This document shows, piece after piece, positions 1 through 11,299 of a stretch of 64,000 bases of DNA. Position 1 is the stretch's first letter. Each line of letters opens with the position of its first letter. Origin of the DNA: Azolla caroliniana (Eukaryota > Plantae > Polypodiophyta); assembly GCA_043228905.1 (NCBI GenBank), contig JBHGNT010000001.1, positions 30,814,001 through 30,878,000 on the forward strand. Direction: 5' to 3'. The notes below the pieces were generated by a model, which saw nothing but the letters and a program-made list of their open reading frames with translations, was not told where the DNA came from and did not search any database. Both the position numbers and the translations under genes were made by a program.

Positions 1-540
1 ATAGTGTATCAATTCAAAAAGACGAATCATTTTATATTCATTGCTCTAAATCCATCTTGGGTGAAGAAACAGAAGGCCGAATACTCATAAATGTGGTTCC
101 CTTGCACGAGCTCTTGAATGACATTGCTTTGAATCATGGTTCACAATTTATCTTACATTTTTAGAAGTCCCCCTTTCAACTCCTCGAGACCTAAACCAAA
201 CTATCATCATTTTTAGAAGCTCCTCTTTCAACTCCTCATACTGATGACCAAATAAAACAAATAAATAGATCCTTGCGTAATATGTTTGGTACATGGTGAG
301 TTTTCTACAAAATAATTTTATTCAAATTGTATTGCTTGCAAAGGTTTGCCTACAACAACACCCTATGTTCTTGAATCAAAGTGACCTTATTATTGGCTAA
401 TTATGGTTTCCATCCACATATCAATGTGGTTATCCCTGCTAGTTCTAAAGGCCGTTCTATAGAAGAATGCAACATGGTACTAAAGGAGATTCATCACAAC
501 ATGATTGTTAAGGTCATCCATGCAAATTTAAAGGCATAAG
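1..540 (+). mobile_element. Degenerate Ty3/gypsy integrase fragment
   Basis: Broken reading frames retain integrase-core motifs: ..FKKTNHFI (cf. RFSKMAHFI), NHGSQFI (cf. DRGSQF), PHTDDQ..INRSL (cf. HPQTDGQTERVNR) and FAYNN...LANYGFHP. Stops and frameshifts throughout. Confidence 0.65.
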
Positions 541-829
541 GATAAAGTTGATTGGTGATGACCACCTCGTTAAGTTAGCCTTGGTGTTCATAGACTTCAC
601 CTACAACAATACCCTACATTCTTTAATCACGATGAATTTGTTACTTGTTGATCATGGTTTCCATTAATGTTTCCATGTTGATATCCTTGCTAATGTTTCC
701 ACGTTGAACACACGTTGATAATTGAGGAGGTTTATCACAATTTGGCTGTCAAGCTCATCCACACCCAAGAAAGACATATGGATGAAGTTGATCATTGAGA
801 AACAACCTCACCAAATTTCAAAGCTAAGA

Positions 830-1110
830 TAAATCCTAGTGATGGCAACCTTTGGTAGAAATAAACTTTTGGCTTTTTGCCTCGCCCACCCCATTTTTGA
901 ATTGATGACGTTTCCACAAGATACTCCTAGAACCTTATAATGTCTTTGATCCTTGATGGCCAACCTATGATGGAACTTGAGGTTGGGGATGAGCATGAAG
1001 ATGAAGAAATCACATTGGTTGTAAATCAAGTATCTAGTATTGCAAAGCGTATACCCATCATATAAAGATACTCGGGAGCTAGGTGACCACCTCAACAAAT
1101 TGGAAGTGCA
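830..1110 (-). mobile_element. Degenerate Ty3/gypsy gag fragment
   Basis: ORF 808..1182 contains YDG....RYLIYNQCDFFIF..P..F....D....KV.GV......MGWA, resembling the Ty3 capsid pattern FDG..SKFRGFINQC..FF..P..F..D..KV.....A..WA. Confidence 0.4.
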
Positions 1111-1534
1111 CACTTTGGGAATTCTACCTTCTAAACCCACTCCTCTTGGAAGTCCACGATAGAGGAGGAGATGATTTCGCAACTACCAACGAGTGAGGGA
1201 GTTGTAGAGTTATTTGGAGATATAAATATTCCAAGTGGATTCTTCAATGAACACAAGACCAAGTAGTTGTTGGCATTGTGACCGATCTATCCAAAGGAAC
1301 AATTTGATTAACCCAAACGCGGTGGATCAATGGTTGCAAAGGCAAGGCAAGGGCTTGTTAAAGAATGCAAATGGTTTTCGATAGTCTAGTAACCGAAGCA
1401 TGAAGTAATGAATGGTTTTCGATAGTCTCGTAAGGACATGTTTATCTTTGTTAGGGTGGACCCATTGGATATTAATTATGTTGGGAGGATGGCATCGTCG
1501 CCATTTGCGGTAGATCAATCACTCAATGAAAACC

Positions 1535-1536
<2 letters not shown>

Positions 1537-1579
<43 letters not shown>
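1537..1579. repeat. (CA)n microsatellite
   Basis: About 21 perfect AC units, read directly. Confidence 0.95.
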
Positions 1580-1584
<5 letters not shown>

Positions 1585-1920
1585 CAGATGTAGAAGCCTG
1601 ACGAAGAAGACAAGGAAACGAAGAGTGCGTGTGGGGGGGGGGGGGGACCATTTTGTTACTTGACACGTGGGGGAAAAATAAAGAAAAAGAGCACAACTTA
1701 AAGATCGAACAAACCCAGCACTTTAAAGAAAAAGAAGAAAGAAGCAGCAACAGCATCTTCTTTTCACACACGTGGACACACACGAGAACCACCAAAAAGC
1801 CCCACCAAAAATCTCCCGCCCTACAGAATACACACACACTCAAAAGAACGGGGAGAACATTAGAAATTTAGAAGAAGAAGAAGAAAGAAAGAAAGAAAGA
1901 AAGAAGAAGGCAATCCCGCC

Positions 1921-3426
1921 ATGCCTCCTCCTCTGCTCTCTTTCTCCTTCACATTCCTCTTCCTCTTCCTCCTTCTTGCCTGCTCCCCCGCTCGCTGTGG
2001 CGGAGACGACGCCTCCTCCTCCTCCTCTCGGGATGAGAAGCATCATCATCATCATCATCATCATCTCGTCTCTGGGAGCGACTCTCCCTACGACCATGGC
2101 CTTCTCCACCTGCTGCCTCTGCCTCTGACTCGTCTTCACGAGAGTAGCAGCAGTAGGTATTGGCGTTTCTCGGCAGATGGAGGAGGAGATATACGTGCAG
2201 AGGATGATGATGATGAGGCTCCAGCTCCCTCACCATCTTCTTCTCCACCGCCCGCTTCGCCTCCGCCTCCGCCTCCTTCTCCACCTCCTCCTTCTCTATC
2301 GCCGCCACCTCCACCACCATCTCCATCTCCACCGCCTCCATCTCCACCTCCACCTCCACCATCTCCATCTCCACCGCCTCCATCTCCATCTCCACCGCCT
2401 CCATCTACATCTCCACCTCCACCGCCTCCTTCTCCCCCACCACCATCTCCCCCACCACCATCTCCATCTCCACCGCCTCCTTCTCCCCCACCGCCTTCTC
2501 CTCCACCTCCATCTCCTCCGCCGCCTTCCCCCCCACCGCCTTCTCCTCCACCTCCTTCTCCTCCGCCGCCATCTCCTCCACCTCCACCTCCATCTCCTCC
2601 TCCGCCTTCTCCTCCACCTCCATCTCCTCCTCCGCCTTCTCCCCCACCTCCATCTCCTCCGCCGCCTTCTCCCCCGCCTCCATCTCCTCCTCCGCCGCCT
2701 TCTCCTCCTCCACCTCCACCCCCGTCTCCGCCTCCTCCCGCCCCATTCGCTCTGCTCGCCTCCCTCTCCGTCTCCGCTGGATCCCTCTCCCCCGACTTTA
2801 GTCCGTCCATTCTCAACTACGCCGTCGCCGTCGACGCCGACGTCAGCTCCGTCACTGTCACCCCGCTTGTACCCGAGGATGTGGTAACAATTTAATAGAA
2901 TTTATAGTTCTAACTTGTCCTTCGAAAAACATCATTCCCCAGTTTTCTTTTAACCGTCCAATGTGGTTGGAACTTTGCGTTGGGGGGGGGGGGGGGCGGG
3001 GGGGAATTCCAGGTTGCTGCCGGTTACCTTCTGAGCGTGAATGGGACGGCCATCAAAAGCGGAGAGACCAGCTCTCAGTTGGCAGTTGGGCAGCCCGGAG
3101 AAACGTCCACAGTTCTCATCGACTTAGCGTCCAACGGTTATCAGCCCTCCACGTACACCCTGTCCTTTAGCCGAGGTAACCCCCGTACTCACGCACTTTT
3201 TTTTTCTTTCTTGTATCCATCTCCCAATTCACCCCATTTCACACTACTAATGATGTTTCCTTGTCTTACAGGCACTAGTGGTGCCAACGGTGGCCTCATC
3301 GCACTCATCATCATCCTCGCTCTCTTGGTGGTGGGAGCTATTGTCATTATCTTGTACAAGAAGGGTTGGATCCCTTGGTTTGCACCGAGATCCACTTCGG
3401 ACTATCGGCCCTTATCTCAAGCCTAG
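1921..3426 (+). CDS. Type-I membrane protein: signal peptide, His8, SP3/SP4 extensin-like rod, cadherin-like beta-sandwich (PF12733-like), TM helix, short tail
   Basis: Exons 1921-2883, 3013-3175 and 3272-3426 join in frame at GT-AG sites. N-terminus MPPPLLSFSFTFLFLFLLLACSPARCG; HHHHHHHH; about 170 aa of SPPP(P) repeats; LASLSVSAGSLSPDFSPSILNYAVAVDADVSSVTVTP...LSVNGTAIKSG...STYTLSFSR; TM LIALIIILALLVVGAIVIILY followed by KK. Confidence 0.85.
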
Positions 3427-5337
3427 CCCTTCCTCCTCCTCCTCCTCCTCCTGGTAGTTTTGTAACCATCTATATGCTCTCAATGTAAGTGTCAACGAAC
3501 AACTTTCACAATCTTTTGGTAGGATTGGGATCAGAATAGCTCTCGGTATTTCTCATTGTATATGATCTGATCCCCGTACTCTTTTTGCTATCCACCACAC
3601 TCTGTCCCAGTCCCAGTGTTTGGGGATCCAAAGGATTTCATTTGAAATGTCTACCCTTGCCCTTATGTACCTCTCTACAAGAAGGATGTACCTCTTTTTA
3701 CATTAACGTCCTGACTCCTTACTAAGAACTACTGGATAGTAGATTCTTCAAATCTACGTGTTACTTCATTGATGTTACAAGGTGAAAAAGTTTCCACATC
3801 TTGAAGAACAATTACTATCAGTAAATGAACATTGGCTATTTCATCAGTCTTTGCAACATGAATTTGTATGGTTAGGGTTCAGGTCATAAAATTGTCTATG
3901 TGGTTGTAGCACAATCTCACATTGTCTTGTTTACCATGGTGAGTCACTCTATTGAAGAGTGGACTTGTTAAGGATGGAGGTTAATGAAATACAAGTGTTA
4001 GGGATTTAAGAAAATTCACGTAATTAGCTAAATGCGATAGTAACACTTGATAAATAAAAAATTGGTAAAATTAAAATCTGCCTACGGTCTACCCAAGGAA
4101 AAGGTCCCCCCTGCTTGTTTCCATAAAGAATACAGTACACTAATTATACATAAAAAAATTGTGAGATTCTACAATTTCTTTTCCAAGAAAGTTTAAAATG
4201 TTGCTTCTCCAAAATATGCCCAGTGTCTTCGTAATTGAAGATATATTTTTAACCAATTGTAAATTTGTAATATAGAAACTTGTTTGACAGTGATGTGATC
4301 TCTTAACTAAATGGCTACAGGGCATGGCATATGCACTGTCTGTCGTTGTAGATCTTCCAACTCCCTTCAATCATCTCATGATCACCACTATTGATTATGA
4401 CAAGTGAAATAAGACCTGGTTATGATCAAACCATTCCCAACTGATAATCAAAGCATGTAACTTCCATCATCTGTTGATCGTGTGAGCTCTTCTATCAATG
4501 CCATGTTTGTCTCTTAAAATAGTGTAAGACATTGGTTTCTGTTGACTGTATACAGTGAGCAGTCACCTCCTCTCACTCTGAGCTTTTTTATCAATTTCAA
4601 GTGTACCTCTTTTGTTTTTTCTAAAACAAAATATCCTTCCATTAGTTTTTAAAAAACTCATAACTACAACATACAAAATATTTTTCCCAAGCCGGTCTTG
4701 TGTAAGAAAATGGCTGTGGAAACAAATCTATGTACTCCAAAGCACGTCTACCTCTTTTAATATAATAAGACCTCAAAACTTAAGTTCTTGATATAATTAA
4801 AACTTATGTTCTTAATGCATGCGTCCTTCAAAAGAAATATATATATAATGTGGAACCAATTCATTAACTTAAATTTGCCATCACATATCAACGAGGGAAT
4901 GAAATACAATTTAAATGTCAACATGCAAGATTTCGATTAGTTGAAAAGGGCATTGGATCTAACACACATTCTTGGCTAGTTTATCAGAAATTTAATAAGA
5001 AAGGACAATAAGAAAACATGGTATCATTGCTAAAAACTGTCGCAATAGTTTTGAAGAGTTTTTGGACAGTACACTGGTTGATAGACAACAAACATTATAA
5101 TATAACCTGAGCCTGCTTGAGACATCAACAAATTACATATTGCCTGGCAAACCACATTTCCAAACACATAAAAGAATTAAGGGTCCCAAAATACCTCTTG
5201 ATTAGAAGCCATGATTGACGGTAAGGTGTTAAGAGTGCATGTGAGGTGCATGCACTATGAAAAAAAAATTCTCAAGGATGTGATGGCATCCTTAAATTCT
5301 AGAAGGTTGAGGAAGCCAAGTGCCTTTCGCAAATTAG

Positions 5338-5556
5338 CCCAGCATTTTGACTTATTCTCAGAGAAGCCCACCAATCCTTATCAACATTTTGATCCATCCT
5401 CAATGAAGCCCCGATACTATCAGCATTTTGATCCTTTTTCAATCAAGCTCAGCAATTACTATGAGCATCTTCCATCCTTTGTTAATGAAGCCCAACACAA
5501 TTCCTATCCGCATTTCAATCCTTTCTTTAAATAAGCATTACCAAGTCCCATCAGCA
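5338..5556. repeat. Diverged 39-45 bp minisatellite (about 5 units) just past the kinase stop codon
   Basis: Recurrent CAGCATTTTGA(T/C)CC...AATGAAGCCC units near 5340, 5382, 5421, 5463 and 5508. Confidence 0.8.
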
Positions 5557-5566
5557 TGTGATTCCT

Positions 5567-8500
5567 TCATCTCCGCCGTCTTGATATGAAATCCCCATTG
5601 CTCAACGAGCTAATGCCTTCTTCCTCATCCTCAGCTGACATCTTCCCTTTTCCATTCTTTATGACTGTCCTTTGTGGATCTGCATCCCTATAACCTGCTG
5701 CCATGTATGGAGAACTTTCTTTAGGAATGCTTTGGTTTTCAGATGCCACTTGAAAATGGGATCCATTCCTTTGTCGCGATGTCTCCCGAACATTATTCTT
5801 CCGTTCCTTTAACATTATAATGCATGAACAAAGATCTTTTTAGGTAGTTTCAAACATGGTAGCTAAACACAAACATATAGACGAGCAAAACACCAAAATA
5901 CACTTGCTGGGTATTTCTCACAGTAACTCGTAAGTTTCTGAATTTTCCAGAATACCCCTGTAGTATTCTGGAGAATTTAGAATCTTACAAGGTATTCTGG
6001 CACCCAAAACTCAGGGATATCTTGGTGCTTTTCCCTAAATAGAATCTGCTTACATCAATATTATAATACCTCACGAAAAGGATTGTCATCAGCCTCAAGC
6101 ATGTGAACTACTTGGCCCATTTTGGGCCGTTTCGGCGCATCAGGATCAACACATCGTAGAGCTACAAGTAATGCTCTTTTGAGAACTCTTGGTGATGGCT
6201 TCTGCTCCATCTTTGGATCTACAACTTCTTCAGAGTGGTGGTTACCGACCATTGCTTTCAGCCAGTCTACCAAATTTACCTAGGAAGTGCACAAAATAAG
6301 GATATTAATTTAAAGAGGTTTGTATAGCTGTTACTGATAAAGTACCTAGTTAAGAAATCTCACTTACCTCTCCAGCTGGCCTACTAAAATCAACAGGAAC
6401 TCTTCCTGTCACCAACTCCATAAGGAGGACTCCGTAGCTATACACATCGCTTTTCTCAGTTAACATACCAGTAAGGGCATACTCTGGAGCAACATAGCTT
6501 CAAAGAAGAAATTTACAACAAACAAATAAATGAGATTTGTCGCGTGTTAAAAAAAAGAGAAGCTCACTTCAAAGCCATGTACACTCACCCAAAAGTTCCC
6601 ATGACTCTTGTTGTAACATGGCTATTTCCTGTTCCTAAAAGCTTGGCAAGCCCAAAATCGGCAACTTTCGCATTCCATTGGCTGTCTATTAAAATATTGC
6701 TGGATTTCACATCACGATGTACAACTTTGGGTTCCAAGCCCTCATGCAAATAAGCCAACCTGTAGTTTATCGTTCTCTCTCTCTCTCTCTAAAAACATTG
6801 AATTGATTTTAAAGATTCAATATACAAAAAAGTTGAATGATAATCATAACATATATCAGCATATTTGGAATAACAAATTTGGAAAAGTTTAGTATGGAAG
6901 GCTTTTGTAAACCTTTTTCTAAATGGTCATGTTTTTTATATTAATAGCTACACAATTTGTAAAGGAAAATGGATTGTTTCACTGTGATATATTATTCATT
7001 ATTCTTTCTTTACCCTCTATCTTATTTATAATTCATAATTTAGTGAATAAGAGGCAGTGCATCACATTCTACTACGCACTTTGTTTTATTTATAGACAGA
7101 ATATTTGCAATGTTTTGAGTACAAAAGCTAAAAATTAGGACATAACCAAGGAATGGCATTCTAGTACAGATATAATAGATCAACATATATGCATGAAACA
7201 TCAAAATCTTGCAATACAGAAAATGTCAACATAAAACACAGACTCACACAAGAAAATACGAGAAATGGAAGTTTGAGTGATATGAGAGTTTTAATAAATA
7301 CCCTTTTGCAGTACCAAGAATAATCTTCATTCGCTTCTCCCAAGACAATGGTGGCAGATCTCCTAATGGACCATGTAGCCACTGGTCCAAATTTCCATTG
7401 TCAACATATTCATAAACCAGCATCCTGAACAACACAAAGGAAAATATTCTCAATCAGAAAGAGCAATACTATAGATGAAGCTACGTAAATAATCAAGTTA
7501 ACCCCACGATCGTAATTTTCTAAAATGCAACAAAGTAAATACATCCAATAATCACCATTAAAGGAAAAGGACGCTTTTGAAAAAGACAAATAACCAATTA
7601 AAGACCACTTCATTCATCCTATTCAAGTTACAACAGTTCAAGTATCTCTGAAGGTTCTGAATCAATCAGCATTGACAAATTGTACAAGTATTTGGTGTTA
7701 TCTTCAAATTCAGAAATAAAAAAAGAAATAATCACCTCTGAGATCCCTCCATGCAGTAACCAATAAGCCGGACAAGATTTTTATGCCTCACACGTCCGAT
7801 TGCCTCCACTTCTATTTTAAATTCTCTTTCTGCTTGTCCTCTGTGATTGTGAATGACATCAGAATTCAGTACAAAACATTTCAACCATCTTGGGCACATC
7901 TTTTAGAATTCCAAGTTCTGATGTACATTTCTGAATCTGATGCAGATTGCACCAGTGAAATGCAATAGATGATTTGGAGATATGGTTCAGAAAAGCATAC
8001 CTATTGTTTAGAAGGTTTTTCACGGCAATGCGAGTTCCATCAGGCAAGTGGCCTAAGTAAACAATGCCATAACCACCCTCACCCAGCACATTTGTATCAG
8101 AGAAAGAATCTGTTGCCGCCTCAAGCTCACGTAATGTGTACCAATGACCCCATCCAAGGTGAGAAACCTCGGGCACAGATATACCTGTAGGTGCTGATGA
8201 AGGTGAATCTGTAGATCGAGAATCATTACTAGCACTGGACCCTCTTTCGTGTGAATGATGAGGACCTCTCCTCTCTCCTTCCACTACACCTTTCTCCACA
8301 GGAGGTAAACGCACACGATTTGCCATCTCCATCCTGGTTTCTTCTTGTTGCCTTGCTGCTTGCCTAGTTCTCTCAAGAGTTCTGTTTTCTTGCTGTTTCT
8401 CTACTCTGTCCAAACTACTATCTCGTTGTAGAGCGTCTACAATGACCTCATTCTCTGTTTCTGAGTTGTTTTTCCCCAGTGCACTGTTGTTGGATCTATT

Positions 8501-8752
8501 CAAAACACGATAAGGAGGAGGAGTAGATTGCCTAGCACGATCATTCATCAGTCCATTTACATTAGAAGTCTTGGATACCATGAAGCTACCATGTTTCTTA
8601 TTTTGTGAGGATTTCTTCCTCGATGCTAGACATATGGAGAGACAAAACAATATGAGAACAATAAGAGCTCCCACTGCGATTCCTATGACAACCCATAGCT
8701 TCAAGCCAAAGACAATTGTACTCTTGGAAAGTTCATTACTGAGAAAATCCAT
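5567..8752 (-). CDS. Receptor-like Ser/Thr kinase, RLCK-V / At1g01540-like (N-terminal TM anchor, no ectodomain)
   Basis: Seven exons, approx. 8752-8001, 7840-7737, 7424-7302, 6759-6589, 6497-6368, 6278-6070 and 5806-5567. Motifs: [69 protein letters not shown]. Confidence 0.95.
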
Positions 8753-9769
8753 TGTCTTCTTGCAAGTTCGAAAAGCTTTTGAGCTCTAAAGCCACATTTG
8801 TAAAGGCAAGAAATCCACTTTGCTATAAGTACATGATAGATCTGCAGGAAGTTTGCACCCCTGATGCTGTCCTGATACTTTACCCTAAAATTCGATTCAC
8901 TCGCTGATGAAAAATCCAAAGGAGAGATGATCGATTTTATGATGATTTTTTTCTGCGACAATGGTGAAGGAATTTTCGAATGAATTTTAGGGTTTTCCAC
9001 AAAAAGCAGTGGTGACTTTGACAGAGATCTGATCACCTTGCCTAGATCTGCAGGAATGTTATGCCTTTCTGATACTACAGAGAAATCCTAACAGAAAACG
9101 TTTTTAGAGTGAGAGCCAGACATCTAAAGAAAAAATGTCAATCTGTGGTGGAAATTTTAGAGTTTTCTGCAACCAACAATGGCGAAGGGAAAAACTTTAC
9201 TAGAGACGTCCAGGATAACTGAAAGCGAAAAGTGAACTTTTCATGGTTAACGAAACTTTTTAGAAAAACGTTTTTCATCTGCTGAGTATATATTCCGAGA
9301 GGAGGTACCGACCTCTTAGGAAAATAAGGTTTCCTGGAAGCAGCAATGACGAATCGGTTGCCTTTCTATATAGATCTACGGGAATGATTTGTTTCTATAC
9401 TGCACTGAAATCCTAACAGAAAACGACTTTCACCTGAAGAATGTATCGTCCACGAAGAAACTTGATCGAACTCTTAGAAATTTTAGGTCTTCTGTAACAA
9501 TGGCGTTCGAGAGGTCGGCAGTCATTTTTTGCATTTCTAGAGCTACATTTCTTGCATATCTGACAGAAAAAGTTTCTATTTGGTGAACATATACTATGGC
9601 GACAAGAGATTCAATCAACCTAGGAATAACTTTTAGGGTTTTGTTTTCTGAAAATCCATCCCAGAGACAGCGATGACTATCACGGTCCAAAGGAGAGAAG
9701 AAAACGAAGAAGAATAGATCAGTACCTGAGATGAATTGAATCAAGAACGTGCTGATCAATCGTGCTTGT

Positions 9770-9770
<1 letters not shown>

Positions 9771-9819
<49 letters not shown>
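9771..9819. repeat. (GA/TC)n microsatellite, probably at the kinase 5'UTR/TSS
   Basis: Long GA run. On the minus strand it is a CT tract upstream of the kinase leader. Confidence 0.85.
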
Positions 9820-11299
9820 TGTGAAGGATTTGGCGTTGGCGATGGCGATGAAGAAGACGACGAAGATATGACAAGAAATGCAAAAAAGGCCGAAAAGCAA
9901 AAAAGCAGAAAGCAATAAGAAAAGTAAAAAAAATAAAAAATAAAAAAACAGGCAAGGATGAGCTGGAGACAAGAAGGAGCCTATAGCGATAATATGTCCA
10001 CGTGGCAGGGTCCACATATGTACATACACAATAGGTTTTTAAAATTAATTTAGAGCTGGCCAAATTTGGGAGACTAAAAATGAATTGGGAAGGGGAGCTA
10101 GTTTATCTTTAGCGGTCGCGATTAAGGAAGGAAGGCCAAACCAACAACATCCACACGATTTATATAATAAATACGATTTGCTTTGTCCAAACCCCCGCCC
10201 AAAACCAATCCCAAATGGCCCAAACACATCCCCTTCTCGGCCTTATCTCTACCCATCACGCATTATTTGTCTCTTCTATCCCACCCATGTTGTTCTTTCA
10301 CCTCCTTTCCTTCTCTCCAGCTTCTTAAGTGGGAGCAATCTCGTAATGCCATCTTAACACCCCGCCCCCAATGTCCACACACATACACTTTTTTGTACGA
10401 TCCCTCATATTGGGCCTGCTTACTTACCTTACGAAAAAAACGACTACTCGGAAAGCCACAATGGCATGTTTGATTTTGTGTTGAAATGCTAATATGCCAA
10501 TGACTTAAGTAATAGGGGGGGGAGGGGGGGGGGGGGGGGGGGGTCCCTTCCTTCCATGCTCTTTCACATCACCATAGCCTCACCCAAATTATCAATCGTT
10601 GTGATACAATACCATAGTGTGTTTGTTTTTCCTATTTAGTTACTTACCACTATGGTGGAACCATCATACACATAGTAAAGTTGGGTGGGCTACAATCAGC
10701 CCTCGATTGCTTGAGTGAGCCTCCATCATTTTTATATCATAAATCATTTATTTGGCCCATCATCATTTGAGGCAAAATGGCATGACACCTTTACATGTGG
10801 GATACTATGGTAGGAAAATATTTGAAGGCCTCGAAGAGTTTGCTACTTTTTTCTCTCATGTGTGTGTGGTTGCTCTCATGTCAATGAAAGTTTGTTGGAA
10901 TGTTGATTGATTCTCACCATGTTTGTAAGGTGTCAAACCAGCCAAGTGAGAATATATTGTTGATTAAAAATGTTATGTATTTGATATTGAAGGTGATATA
11001 TCATCACACTTTCATATATTTTAGAATAAAAACCTTGAAATTTTGAAATTTTGTTAGTAAATCAATTCGACGACATTAGATAGAGTTTTATCCACACAAA
11101 TACTTTTTATTGAAAACAAGCACAAATCTCAAAAGACTTCATACACACCAGAAAAGTACCGTGTTCATGTCGCTTGTCCCATTGTCACAAGGAAGTCACC
11201 AGCATGTGTCCCATGCACACTCTCGTAGTGCATCAAGGACTTTTTTGCATCATACGAGGATCAAGATCTATAGTGGTTGATATAATATAAAAGTTTTGA

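Noticed and set aside
1949-2887. Long Gly-rich, Glu/Met/Val-rich and His/Leu-rich ORFs overlapping the extensin region
   Set aside because: Alternative-frame and antisense shadows of the stop-free CCN/TCT repeat. Only the Pro frame has a signal peptide and splices into a coherent protein.
2980-3426. Stand-alone 148-aa ORF starting MGGGGGGG
   Set aside because: It starts in an intronic poly-G run at a TTG codon. It is exons 2-3 plus intron 2 of the upstream gene.
9430-10063. 199-aa and 114-aa hydrophobic ORFs upstream of the kinase
   Set aside because: They run through a CT microsatellite and T-rich promoter/leader DNA, with no recognisable motif.
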